The notes below the pieces were generated by a model, which was given only the letters and a program-made list of their open reading frames with translations, made no database searches and was not told where the DNA came from. From positions 288,842-352,841 of the forward strand of contig JAVHLM010000003.1 of assembly GCA_031082125.1 (NCBI GenBank): a stretch of 64,000 bases of DNA, read 5' to 3'. The DNA is from Vulcanimicrobiota bacterium (GTDB taxonomy: Bacteria > Vulcanimicrobiota > CADAWZ01 > Ess09-12). This document shows, in pieces, positions 30,089 to 40,024 of the stretch (position 1 is its first letter; every line of letters begins with the position of its first letter). The translations under genes and the position numbers were made by a program.

Positions 30089-30807
30089 AATACGACCTTG
30101 TGGTAGTACTGCCAATCTATAATGAAAAAGAACTGGTTTTCCCTGTTTTATCCTCGTGGATATCGGTTCTGGAGAGACTCAGCAGCAATTTTCTCATTCT
30201 TGCAATAAATGACGGGTCAAGCGACGGGACGGAACAAGCTCTCTCAGCTTTTGCTGATAACTCTTCTGTTGAAATAATAAACAAGGCCAACAGCGGCCAC
30301 GGCCCTACAATACTGATGGGGTACAGGAAGGCGATGAAGCTTGCCCCATGGATTTTTCAATGTGACAGCGACGACGAGATGAAAGCTGAGAGTTTTCCAG
30401 AGCTTTGGGAGAATAAAGACCGTTATGATGTTCTTTACGGTGCTCGAATGGGACGCACACAAAGCCTGGCCCGGCGGATAGTCACTTTATGTGCCGGATT
30501 TACAGTCAAAATGCTCTATGGCCACGGCGTCAAGGATGTGAATACCCCGTACCGCCTCATTCGTTCTACCCTGCTCGAAGAAATCATCAATGAGATCCCT
30601 GATGATACCTTTGCCCCCAACGTCATCATAACAGGAGCCCTCCACGACAGGGGAGCCAGATCGCTCTATGTCCCCATACCATATCATCCAAGGGAAAAAA
30701 GAGGAGGCGGAGAGCTTGTGAATTACAGGCTCATCAGGGCTTCTCTTATCTCCTTTATCCAGACCGTTCAATGGAAACAGAAGACCAGGCAGCTCGGCAG
30801 GAAATAA
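30085..30807 (+). CDS. GT2 polyprenol-phosphate glycosyltransferase (DPM1-like)
   Basis: PIYNE, NDGSSD, NSGHG, DSD, DVNTPYRL motifs; ATGA overlap with the upstream gene. Confidence 0.9.
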   Translation: MKYDLVVVLPIYNEKELVFPVLSSWISVLERLSSNFLILAINDGSSDGTEQALSAFADNSSVEIINKANSGHGPTILMGYRKAMKLAPWIFQCDSDDEMKAESFPELWENKDRYDVLYGARMGRTQSLARRIVTLCAGFTVKMLYGHGVKDVNTPYRLIRSTLLEEIINEIPDDTFAPNVIITGALHDRGARSLYVPIPYHPREKRGGGELVNYRLIRASLISFIQTVQWKQKTRQLGRK

Positions 30808-31083
30808 GAGGAGGAGATTACTACCCTCCATAGAAAACAGAATCCACCCGCTTTGTGGCCATACCGGCAAAGCGGGCCATGTGGCTCAAGGCCCCCGGAC
30901 ACTTCGACTGGACAGAGGTTGACATGGCACGGCTTCTTGCAGACTGAACAATCATGCCGGGCACAGGAGGTGTGCCAGGTCCACCAGGGCGCCGTGACTG
31001 CTTCACTCATCGTGAGCCCTCATACTTGTCCGAAGCCTGGGACATCACTATCGATCCGGTGAGCACCTGGAGGGCCTGAGGAA

Positions 31084-34000
31084 ATGAAGATTCACAAGCA
31101 CTACACTCTTCAGAAATGGGCACTCCTGGCAGTTTTTTTCATCTTGGCCCTCTGTCTTTCCGCCTGGGGCGCTACCCCCGCTCTGGCTCAGGGCGCAGCG
31201 GACCAGGGAGCCGAGAAAAACAAAGCCGGAAAGCTTCTCAGGGAGGCTGATTCTCTTCTCAAAAAGGGGCTTAATAATGAAGCGCTCAGGAAGTACGAAG
31301 AAGCCTATGAATACTGCGTGAAGCATGGTGACAGGGAAAGCTCAGAGGCAGCCATGGCGCTTTACAGCATCGGCTACACCCACTATCACCTCGGTAACTA
31401 TGACAGGGCCCTTGCATACTATAGTGATGCTCTGAACGCATGGAAAAAGCTCTACGGTGAAGAGCACCCTAAAATTGCGGTGTGCTATACCCTCATGGGA
31501 AATGTCTATGACAAAAGGGGAGACTATGACCTGGCGCTCAACGCTCTGGAGGTTGCTCTTTCACTCTTTAAGAAGCATCATCATGAGAACCATCCTGACG
31601 TGGCGCTCACTTATGATTTTCTGGGGAACGTCCACCGCCATAAAGGTGAGTATCATAAGGCAGTTAAGATCTATGAGATGGCCATCGACTTGAAGAAACG
31701 GCTACAAAGCAATAATGATCACGAGATGGGCACTCTCTATAACAACTTAGGCATAGCCTATGATGAGCTGGGAAAGCTTGATGAAGCCCTCGCCAGTTTT
31801 GATACATCAATTTCAATTCACCAGAGGCTTTTCGGAGAAAACCATCCTACCCTGGCAGCAGCTTATGGCAATATAGGCACGATCCACGATAAAAAAGGAG
31901 ATTATCGCAAGGCAGCGGAGTATTATGAAAAAGCTCTGGCTCTTCAGGAACAATCCGGCATAGAAGACAATCCCTTGCTGGCCAAATTATACAGCCAGCT
32001 GGGCTCATCCTATGAAAACATTGATGCGCACGCGAAAGCCCTGGCCTGCCATGAGAAGGCTCTTACAATCCACAGGAGGCTCTGCGGTGAGAACCACCGC
32101 GACGTGGCAGGGTGCTATATCGATCTGGGCTCTTTCTATGAATCCAGAGGTGAGCTTGAACAGGCTCTTGCCTATTATGAAAAGGCCCTCGCAGTGTACC
32201 GGAAAATTTATGAAAAAGATCATCCCGATACCGCGCGGTGTTATATGAAATTAGGGAATCACTATATAAGAAAAAGGGACTTTGACAGAGCGCTTGACTA
32301 TTTATCCCATGCCCTGGCAGTTCACCGGCAGTTTCTGGGTGCAGAGCACCTAAAAATCGCAGAGGACTACAGGAGTATTGGCAACTGTTATAGTGATAAG
32401 GGCGAATATCAGAAGGCTCTGGACTATCTTGAAAAAGCCCTGGCAATTTTGAAGAAGTCACATGGTGAGGATCATCCCGACATAGCAGCGTGTTATAAGG
32501 ATATCGCATGGATATGTTATTCCAGGGGAGACTCTGAAGAAGCCCTCGCTTATTACGGCAAGGCCCTGGCCATTGACGTGAAGTGCTACGGCGAGGATTC
32601 CGTCTTTACTGCGGCAGACTATGCTCACATAGGTTTCTTTTATTCGGATGAAAAACAGTATGAGAAGGCGCTTGCCTCTTTCAATAAGGGAATGCGTGCC
32701 CTTTCAATGAAGAAGGTAAAAAGCGCCGCTCTTGTGAAGCCCGAAGACCTCCCTCCTGATGATCTCACAGTGATCTTGCTCCGAAATAAAGCTTCAGCCT
32801 TGTATGAGCTCTCGCTGCGGGATAACTCCGGCAAAGAGCTGAAGGAGGCGTCATCGCTCCTTCTCCTGGCCATTGATATTCAGGACAAGGTAAAAGGGGA
32901 TATAAAGGAGACCACCTCAAAGAAACGTTTATCCATAAGATATTCCGAAATCTTTCCACTCACGATAGAGGTGCTCCTCAAGCGGCACGAAAGAGAGAAA
33001 GATTCGGCATATGTAAGTGAGGCCTTTCAGACAGCGGAGCGGGGCCTGTCCAGAGCCTTTCTGGAGATGGTGGGGAAGTCCAGGGCGCAGGTTGCGGGGA
33101 ACCTGCCCGCAGAAGTTCTGGAGAGAGAGGCGGCCCTCAGGGGAGAGCAGAAAGCGCTCGACAGCCTCATAGACAAGGAGAACGGGAAGCCCAGGGAAAA
33201 GAGAGATATGGAGACTCTCAGGGGCTTCTATGGGAAGCGTGCGGAAAAAGAGAGGGAGCTGGAAAGCTTTGTGAGGGAGCTTGAAAAAAAGTATCCCAAG
33301 TACGCCCAGATCAAGTACCCGAAAACCTGTACTTTGAGAGAGGTGCAGCAAGAGGTGCTGGGAGGCCGGGAGGCATGCCTTCTCTATTATGTGGGAACGA
33401 ACCGTTCGTTTCTCTTTGTCATCACGAGAAATGTCTGCGCTCTCTTTCCTCTCCCCGGAACCAAAAAGACGGGAGCAATGGTGAGCCGGTTCAATGCCTG
33501 TATGACTGCAGCGCGCAGGAGCGATTCCTGGGTGAAGGAAGCCGAGCTCGCCGCAGTGTCCCACGAGCTCTACACCGCCCTTGTGAAGCCTGCGGAGCCA
33601 ATGATAAAGGGGAAGGACCTCATCGTCGTTCCCAGCGGCGACCTGTATTTCCTCCCTTTCGAGGCCCTTCTCACCGAGGCCGGTAATGAAGAAAAGCCGC
33701 CTCACTATCTTGTGGAAGACCATGCCGTCTCCTATGCTCCCTCCCTTTCCCTCTACAGTCTCATGAAAACCCTGGAGAAGGGCCGTGCCCGGGCGGCGAA
33801 ACCTCTCCTGGCCTTCGGCGATCCCGTGTACCCCGTCGATGATGATCGCTGCAATGCAGGGATTATTGAGAAAGAAACGATGAGAGACGTGGAGCGGTAT
33901 GGCGCAAAAGGCCTTGTTTTCGGGAGGATAGAGGCCACTGGCGACGAGGTGCGCTCCGTTGCAGAGACGCTCGGTATTTCCCCGTCTTCGAGGGACATTC

Positions 34001-34509
34001 ACCTGGGATTCAATGCGTCAGAGGAGAGCCTTCGCAGGTGCAGCCTCAAGGATTATCGCATGATCCACTTTGCCTGCCATGGCATTGCAGGATACGACAT
34101 GGGCATTGAGCCGGCCCTGGTGCTCTCGCTTTCAAGCACTCCCGCCGGGAAGCCTGAATGTGACGGTTTTCTCACCATGTCGGAAATCTTCAGCCTCGCT
34201 CTCAACAGCGATTTGGTGGTGCTCTCGGCATGCCAGACAGGGCGGGGGAAGCTTGAGAAAGGCGAGGGGCTTGAGGGGATCTCCCGGGCATTTCTCTTTG
34301 CAGGGAGCTCTTCCGTGGTGGCCAGCCTCTGGTCAATAGCAGACGAGGAGACCAAGCTCTTCATGGTGGACTTTTACCGGGTCCTGGGGAAAGGAAAGGG
34401 GAGAAGAGAAGCGCTTCGGGAGGCAAAACTCCGCTTCATCGCCGAGAAGGACTCCAGAAAGAGCCTCCCTTACTACTGGGCTCCCTTCATTCTCATAGGG
34501 CTCCCCTGA
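31084..34509 (+). CDS. Secreted TPR-repeat + CHAT (caspase-like) domain protein
   Basis: Signal peptide, ~11 42-aa TPRs (HPxxA...), CHAT motifs LPFEAL, HFACHG, LSACQTG, SLWSI, YYWAPF. Confidence 0.92.
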   Translation: MKIHKHYTLQKWALLAVFFILALCLSAWGATPALAQGAADQGAEKNKAGKLLREADSLLKKGLNNEALRKYEEAYEYCVKHGDRESSEAAMALYSIGYTHYHLGNYDRALAYYSDALNAWKKLYGEEHPKIAVCYTLMGNVYDKRGDYDLALNALEVALSLFKKHHHENHPDVALTYDFLGNVHRHKGEYHKAVKIYEMAIDLKKRLQSNNDHEMGTLYNNLGIAYDELGKLDEALASFDTSISIHQRLFGENHPTLAAAYGNIGTIHDKKGDYRKAAEYYEKALALQEQSGIEDNPLLAKLYSQLGSSYENIDAHAKALACHEKALTIHRRLCGENHRDVAGCYIDLGSFYESRGELEQALAYYEKALAVYRKIYEKDHPDTARCYMKLGNHYIRKRDFDRALDYLSHALAVHRQFLGAEHLKIAEDYRSIGNCYSDKGEYQKALDYLEKALAILKKSHGEDHPDIAACYKDIAWICYSRGDSEEALAYYGKALAIDVKCYGEDSVFTAADYAHIGFFYSDEKQYEKALASFNKGMRALSMKKVKSAALVKPEDLPPDDLTVILLRNKASALYELSLRDNSGKELKEASSLLLLAIDIQDKVKGDIKETTSKKRLSIRYSEIFPLTIEVLLKRHEREKDSAYVSEAFQTAERGLSRAFLEMVGKSRAQVAGNLPAEVLEREAALRGEQKALDSLIDKENGKPREKRDMETLRGFYGKRAEKERELESFVRELEKKYPKYAQIKYPKTCTLREVQQEVLGGREACLLYYVGTNRSFLFVITRNVCALFPLPGTKKTGAMVSRFNACMTAARRSDSWVKEAELAAVSHELYTALVKPAEPMIKGKDLIVVPSGDLYFLPFEALLTEAGNEEKPPHYLVEDHAVSYAPSLSLYSLMKTLEKGRARAAKPLLAFGDPVYPVDDDRCNAGIIEKETMRDVERYGAKGLVFGRIEATGDEVRSVAETLGISPSSRDIHLGFNASEESLRRCSLKDYRMIHFACHGIAGYDMGIEPALVLSLSSTPAGKPECDGFLTMSEIFSLALNSDLVVLSACQTGRGKLEKGEGLEGISRAFLFAGSSSVVASLWSIADEETKLFMVDFYRVLGKGKGRREALREAKLRFIAEKDSRKSLPYYWAPFILIGLP

Positions 34510-34707
34510 AGGGCTCCTCGGTGAGACCACCGATTCATCAAACTGATGGAAAAGTCTAAAATTTGAGAAAAATAGCAAAGCGGGAGGTCAGAGAGAGGAA
34601 AACTCCTCGCTGAAATGGAAGGTGAGAGACAACTGCTCAAAACAGCTCAGGCCGGTAAAGATCAGCAGAAACAGTCAAAATAACTGCACTTCGCGATCCA
34701 GAGGTTT

Positions 34708-34757
34708 TTATACTCCAGAGCATAACTGACAGCATCATTATACTCGAGAGTATAATG
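34708..34757. promoter_or_regulatory. Two tandem palindromic operator-like sites TTATACTC-NN-GAGYATAA
   Basis: 34708-34725 (one mismatch) and perfect CATTATACTC-GA-GAGTATAATG at 34736-34757, 30 nt apart, overlapping TATAAT. Confidence 0.6.
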
Positions 34758-34801
34758 TGCGTCAGTATACCCATAGTAGACGCCATACAGGAGAAGCAAC
34801 A

Positions 34802-36610
34802 ATGCCAGCAACACTGCCGATAAGAAATGTAGCCATCATCGCTCACGTAGATCATGGAAAAACGACCCTCGTCGATGCGCTTCTCCGGCAGAGCGGGACC
34901 TTTCTCCTCAATGAAACGGTGCCGGAAAGGGTAATGGACTCCCTCGATCTCGAGCGTGAGCGAGGAATCACCATTGCGGCGAAAAACTGCTGCCTTACAT
35001 GGGAGGGGTACGTGATAAATATCGTTGACACTCCCGGGCATGCCGATTTCGGAGGTGAAGTGGAGAGGATTCTCTCCATGGTCGATGGCGCGCTCCTCCT
35101 TGTAGATGCGGCAGAAGGCCCCCTTCCACAGACCAGGTTCGTCGTAAAAAAGGCTCTGGAAGCGCGGCTTCCCCTGGTGCTGATCATCAACAAAATTGAC
35201 AGGAGAGATGCACGTACCGAGGAAGTGGAGGAGGAGCTTCTCAATCTTCTCCTCGAATGCGGCGCAGAAGCGGAATACCTTTCAAGCCCCGTAATCTATA
35301 CAAACGCGAGGGCTGGCGCTGCCACGAAGACCATGAAAAAAGAGCCTGTAGATATGAGACCGGTCTTCGAGGCAATCCGCGATTACATTCCAAGCCCTAA
35401 GGTCGAATTGGAAAAGCCCCTCAGCATGATCGTGGCGAACCTGGGATACTCCGATTACGTGGGGAGACTGGCCATAGGGAGAATGAAATCAGGCACCGTA
35501 TCGGTAAATGACCAGGTGCTCATTGCCGGTGAGAATAAACAGTATAAGGGCAGGGTGATGCGAATTTACGGATATGAAGGGCTGAAGATGGTCGAGCTTC
35601 CCATTGCAAGGGCCGGTCAGATCGTGGCGCTCGCGGGGTTTGAAACCATCACCATCGGCGACACCGCAACGAGCCCTGACGACCCTCTCATACAGCCCAG
35701 GATCCATGTTGAAGAGCCCACGGTGAGCGTGATCTTCTCTGCCAATACCTCCCCCTTTGCAGGGAGAGAGGGGAAGTACGTCACCGGCAGCAAGCTGAAG
35801 GAACGTCTCTTCAAGGAGGGATGCTGGAATGTCTCATTGAGGATAGAAGAGGGACAGTCGCCCGACCAGTTTGTTGTTGCAGGAAGAGGTGAGCTTCAGC
35901 TCGCCATCCTTATTGAGACAATGAGGAGGGAAGGCTACGAAATGGAGGTGAGCAAGCCGAAAGTCATCGAAAAAACCATTGATGGCGCGGTCTGTGAACC
36001 CTTCGAAAACCTTGTCGTAGATATCCCCGAGGAATATATTGGCGTCACCCGGGAGTTTATGGCCCTGAGAAGGGGAACCCTCGTCTCCATGTCAGGCTTC
36101 GAAACAGGAATGATCCGCCTGGAATTCCACATCCCCTCGAGAGGCCTTATCGGCATCCGCTCAACATTTCTCACCATTACCAGGGGCCTTGGCATCATGC
36201 ATTCCATCTTTGAAGGGTACAGGCCTCTTTCGGGGCCTATCCCTGCGAGGGTAAACGGTGCCCTCGTGGCCTCCGTGGGAGGCGCGGCAACTGGTTATGC
36301 CATTGCCGGCCTGGCGCAGAGAGGGAAGCTTTTTGTCTTTCCCGGCACCGAAGTCTATAGCGGAATGATTGTAGGTGAGCATGCCCGGGAACACGATCTC
36401 GACGTCAATATCACCAAGCAAAAAAAGCTTACCAACATGCGGTCATCAACGTGCGATGAGACGGTAGTGCTCACCCCCCCGCTTATTCATTCCCTGGAAA
36501 CCGCCATTGAATGGATAAATGACAACGAGTCCATGGAGATAACCCCAAAATCCATTCGCCTGCGAAGGCTCTATCCTCTTTACCAGCCCAAGCACCACAA
36601 AGAGCTGTGA
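34802..36610 (+). CDS. typA: Translational GTPase TypA/BipA
   Basis: AHVDHGKTT, ERERGITI, DTPGHADFGGEVER, GRGELQL, KKLTNMRS motifs. Confidence 0.97.
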   Translation: MPATLPIRNVAIIAHVDHGKTTLVDALLRQSGTFLLNETVPERVMDSLDLERERGITIAAKNCCLTWEGYVINIVDTPGHADFGGEVERILSMVDGALLLVDAAEGPLPQTRFVVKKALEARLPLVLIINKIDRRDARTEEVEEELLNLLLECGAEAEYLSSPVIYTNARAGAATKTMKKEPVDMRPVFEAIRDYIPSPKVELEKPLSMIVANLGYSDYVGRLAIGRMKSGTVSVNDQVLIAGENKQYKGRVMRIYGYEGLKMVELPIARAGQIVALAGFETITIGDTATSPDDPLIQPRIHVEEPTVSVIFSANTSPFAGREGKYVTGSKLKERLFKEGCWNVSLRIEEGQSPDQFVVAGRGELQLAILIETMRREGYEMEVSKPKVIEKTIDGAVCEPFENLVVDIPEEYIGVTREFMALRRGTLVSMSGFETGMIRLEFHIPSRGLIGIRSTFLTITRGLGIMHSIFEGYRPLSGPIPARVNGALVASVGGAATGYAIAGLAQRGKLFVFPGTEVYSGMIVGEHAREHDLDVNITKQKKLTNMRSSTCDETVVLTPPLIHSLETAIEWINDNESMEITPKSIRLRRLYPLYQPKHHKEL

Positions 36611-36942
36611 ATAATTGGCCTGAAGTCTGATCGGCTTACCCTGCTTCCGAGTAGCCGCTTCAGGCTGATAATGATGGTATGAGGGAGGCAAGCGAGCCAT
36701 GCCCTCATTATGGAAGCAGAGTGTGCAGATACCATGGTGTGTTGAAAGGAGTCTTCATTGCGGTGGGCGAATTTCAGTATTTCAATGCGGTATTCGCCAG
36801 GGCCTTGAAAATATGGCTCTCTATAAAGATACCCGCGTCAATATGCGAAGCCACCTGATAATATCTCTCCCTGCGGGAAAGAATGCCGGCCGCATTTCAT
36901 TGAAAAGCCTGTGTGCACAGACAGTGAGAAGGAGGACCCCTC

Positions 36943-38190
36943 ATGGGAACCAATGAAGGGACAGGAGTCTCTTTCAGAGGGAAAGTCTTCCGCACTCCTA
37001 AAAAGAACCCGGGCAGCCCGCGGCTCATGGAGCCCGAGGAAGCCCTGGAGCTCATGAAACCCTTTCTCAGGAAAACAGGGCTCACGCGCTTTGCGCAGAT
37101 CACGGGCCTTCGAAGCGTGGGCATCCCGGCGGTGAACGCCATAAGGCCCATAAGCCATAACTCATCGGTAACCCATGGAAAAGGCCTCACCCTGGCCCAT
37201 GCCCTGGCCTCGGCAGCAGGGGAGTCCATAGAGCGCTATTGCTGGTTCAACTGTACCGTTCCCGCCTTCAGCAGCACCTATAATGATCTGAAAGAGCGGC
37301 GCACCGTGATCCCCATGGAAAGGCTGGCCCTTTCCAGGTTCTCGCTCTTCAGGCCTGACCTTCCTGAACAGTGGATGCTCGGCTGGGACCTCATGCATGA
37401 CGAGGAGGTGCCGGTGCCTTTTTCATCGGTGAGCAGGTCCGGCACCTGTTTCACCACGGAGCTCCGCTCCTTCCAGAGCACGTCAAACGGCCTCGCCTAC
37501 GGCGTGGACTTCCTGGAGGCCCTCTCTCAGGCAATCGAGGAAGTGGTGGAGCGGGACGCCGTCGCCTGCATGGATATGGCCCTCCTGTCAGGCCGGATAC
37601 CGCTCTCGAAAGTCCGCGTGGACCTCTCCACCATACCTTTCGAGACCATCGGGGGACTCATCGGAAAAATTGAAGAAGCGGGGCTCCTCCCTGTCCTGCT
37701 GGACTGCACTACCGATACGGCGATCCCCGTTTATCACTGCATGCTCCTCGATGACAAGAAATGCTACGTCGGATCAGGGGCGAGCCTGAGCCCCGAGACC
37801 GCCATGGCAAGGGCCTTCACCGAAGCGGCCCTCGCCCACGCCGTGCTGTTCAGCGGGGTGAGAGACGTTTATTTCAGGGACGAGAGGCTTGCAGGCTCGC
37901 TCGTCGATTTCAGGAAGCAGATGGCAGAATCCCTCGAAGCCCCGGCGGAAAGGAGCGCACGTGGCCTTTCCGCCGAAAGGACCGGGTCCTTTGAGGGGGA
38001 CATCGCCGTGATGAAGGATAAACTCCGGGGTGCCGGCATCGACCAGCTCATCGTGATAGACCTTCCAGAGCCAGGCCTCCCGGGGAGCGTGGTAAAGGTG
38101 ACGGCCCCCGGCCTCGAGGGATACCACCATACTATTGCCTATCGTCCGGGCTCCAGGGCTCTCAGCCGCATGAGCGGAGAGCGGCCCTGA
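36943..38190 (+). CDS. ycaO: YcaO-family protein (TfuA-associated, thioamide-forming type)
   Basis: GKG...A..SA.GESIER, TSNGLA, EVVERDA, RAFTEAA, VVKVTAPGLE motifs. Lacks the Pro-rich PxPxP C-terminus of azoline-forming YcaOs. Confidence 0.9.
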   Translation: MGTNEGTGVSFRGKVFRTPKKNPGSPRLMEPEEALELMKPFLRKTGLTRFAQITGLRSVGIPAVNAIRPISHNSSVTHGKGLTLAHALASAAGESIERYCWFNCTVPAFSSTYNDLKERRTVIPMERLALSRFSLFRPDLPEQWMLGWDLMHDEEVPVPFSSVSRSGTCFTTELRSFQSTSNGLAYGVDFLEALSQAIEEVVERDAVACMDMALLSGRIPLSKVRVDLSTIPFETIGGLIGKIEEAGLLPVLLDCTTDTAIPVYHCMLLDDKKCYVGSGASLSPETAMARAFTEAALAHAVLFSGVRDVYFRDERLAGSLVDFRKQMAESLEAPAERSARGLSAERTGSFEGDIAVMKDKLRGAGIDQLIVIDLPEPGLPGSVVKVTAPGLEGYHHTIAYRPGSRALSRMSGERP

Positions 38191-38242
38191 AAGCCCGGGG
38201 AACTGCGAAAGCGGTAAGAATATAAAAGAAAGGAGGGATGAC

Positions 38243-38530
38243 ATGTCTTTGGAAAAAGCGAAAGATGCGCTGAAGAAGATCATGAATGATCCGGACTTCA
38301 GCAGGAAGATGATCAATGTGAAGAGTGATCAGGAAGCGATAGAGCTCCTCTCTTCCCATGGCTTCAAGTTTACCAAGGAAGAATTCGAAAAGGCGAAGCA
38401 TGAGATGAGACAGGCTGTTATCAGCGACGCTGAGCTCGCAGGCGTGGCTGGAGGAAGCGACAGCTCCAACAAAACAGCTTATCCGGTTGCGAACAGTGTG
38501 ACAGTCGGAGCGGCGGCGGCTGCTTTCTAG
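38243..38530 (+). CDS. Nif11-family RiPP precursor (71-aa leader + 24-aa core)
   Basis: AAGGAGG RBS. Nif11-like leader (MSLEKAKDAL..DPDF...GFKFTKEEF) ending ISDAELAGVAGG. Core SDSSNKTAYPVANSVTVGAAAAAF (38456-38527). Confidence 0.92.
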   Translation: MSLEKAKDALKKIMNDPDFSRKMINVKSDQEAIELLSSHGFKFTKEEFEKAKHEMRQAVISDAELAGVAGGSDSSNKTAYPVANSVTVGAAAAAF

Positions 38531-38535
38531 AAGGC

Positions 38536-38577
38536 CATGAAGGGGCACACCGGCATCAGAGCGGTGTGCCCCTCATG
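38536..38577 (+). terminator. Strong hairpin without U-tract after the precursor (partial terminator or mRNA stabiliser)
   Basis: AGGGGCACACCG-N9-CGGTGTGCCCCT perfect 12-bp stem. Confidence 0.7.
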
Positions 38578-38614
38578 AATTCCCATGAAGCCTTACAGGG
38601 CGGGAGGAATGTTC

Positions 38615-40009
38615 ATGAAGTGCGTGATCTTTACAGGGCCGACCCTCTCAAAGGAGGAAGCCCAGCCCTGGCTTGAAGCCATCTATCTGCCTCCCGCCAG
38701 GCAGGGAGACATAATAAGCGCCATATTCACCCACATGCCCGACATCATAGGCATCATCGACGGCGCGTCCTATCCGGACCTGGAAGTATGGCACCGGGAG
38801 CTGCTCTACGCGCTTGAGAACGGCATTGCCGTGTACGGCTCATCGTCAATCGGGGCGCTCCGGGCAGCGGAGCTGGATATCCATGGCATGCAGGGTGTGG
38901 GAAAGATATATGAGGGCCTCAAGGGCATTGAGGTGAGCGACGATGACGAGGTAATGTGCCACTATGAGTGCAGCGGCTCTCACCGGCGCATCTCCGAGCC
39001 CCTGGCGAACATCAGGGCGACTTTTGAGGCCCTCCACAGGGAGCGGCTGATTGACGGGAAGCTTGTGGCGACCCTTCCCGCCCTGGCGAAGTCGCTGCAT
39101 TACAGGAAGCGCACCTTTCAGGCGATCCTGGAAAAAGCCCGCAACGCCGGGGTGCTTTCCGAAAAGCAGGCCGAAGAGCTTCTCAATCATACGAGGTCCT
39201 GTTACGTGGATCTCCAGAAAGAAGACGCGATTGAACTTCTCAAGGCCGTCAAAAAGGCCATGGAGACCGGCGGCAGGGCACCGTACGGGAAGATTGTTGA
39301 CCGTTCCGACGATCTGATCTTCCACGTGGCGAAGTACAGGGACCGCACCATCTCACGTGACGGCGAAGGGGAAGGGCTCCCCCTGTTCTCGCTGGTGGAT
39401 TACATGGTCCTTACCCACCCTGAAGCCGACGAGCTTGCCGTGAGTGCAAAGAACCGTTTCCTGGCGGGAGTGCTTGCCGACATGCTTCACGTTGAGGCAT
39501 CTGACAGGGAGACAGGGGAGGAAGCCCTGACCTTCAGGACGCGCTATGGCCTCGAGGATCAGGAGCGATTCGGAGAGTGGCTTGCCGAAAACGATCTCGT
39601 CGAGGAAGAGTTCAGGCGGCTGATGGAACAGAACGCGAAGATGAAGGCGCTTCATGACTGGCTGAGGGACAAGCTCGGCCAGAGAAAGTTCACAAGGGTC
39701 ATCACCGATGAGCTCATGCTGACGGACCAGTATTCCCGGTGGGTCGGGAAAGCGCTCCTGGCCGAGAAGCTCTATCAGGAGCGCCGCGAGTACGGCGAAG
39801 AGCTCTTGAGCATCGAGGCTCCGGAGAAGCTGGTAAGGGACCACGTGGCGGGGGCTCCAAGGGAATGGCACAGGATCTTCAGGAAGGTCATGGAAGGGAT
39901 GGAGATCACCGATATCATGCTGAAACACCAGCTTGTCAAGGCCAGGATAGAGAGGGAGACGCTGGAAAAGGCGCTGCTGAGGCATCTCGAGCCGGCGGCC
40001 CACGAGTGA
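38615..40009 (+). CDS. tfuA: TfuA-like protein with C-terminal helical extension
   Basis: IFTGPTL, PPARQGDI, IIDG, VWHREL, GSSSIGALRAAEL, GMQGVGKI, DDDEV, SEPLANIR, LQKEDA motifs. GGAGG RBS before 38615. Confidence 0.92.
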   Translation: MKCVIFTGPTLSKEEAQPWLEAIYLPPARQGDIISAIFTHMPDIIGIIDGASYPDLEVWHRELLYALENGIAVYGSSSIGALRAAELDIHGMQGVGKIYEGLKGIEVSDDDEVMCHYECSGSHRRISEPLANIRATFEALHRERLIDGKLVATLPALAKSLHYRKRTFQAILEKARNAGVLSEKQAEELLNHTRSCYVDLQKEDAIELLKAVKKAMETGGRAPYGKIVDRSDDLIFHVAKYRDRTISRDGEGEGLPLFSLVDYMVLTHPEADELAVSAKNRFLAGVLADMLHVEASDRETGEEALTFRTRYGLEDQERFGEWLAENDLVEEEFRRLMEQNAKMKALHDWLRDKLGQRKFTRVITDELMLTDQYSRWVGKALLAEKLYQERREYGEELLSIEAPEKLVRDHVAGAPREWHRIFRKVMEGMEITDIMLKHQLVKARIERETLEKALLRHLEPAAHE

Positions 40010-40024
40010 TGAAAGGAGGCTTTT

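Noticed and set aside
36943-38190. YcaO as an azoline-forming cyclodehydratase (TOMM cluster)
   Set aside because: No PxPxP C-terminus, no dehydrogenase, no Cys in the core, and TfuA is adjacent. Thioamidation is the better reading, though not proven.
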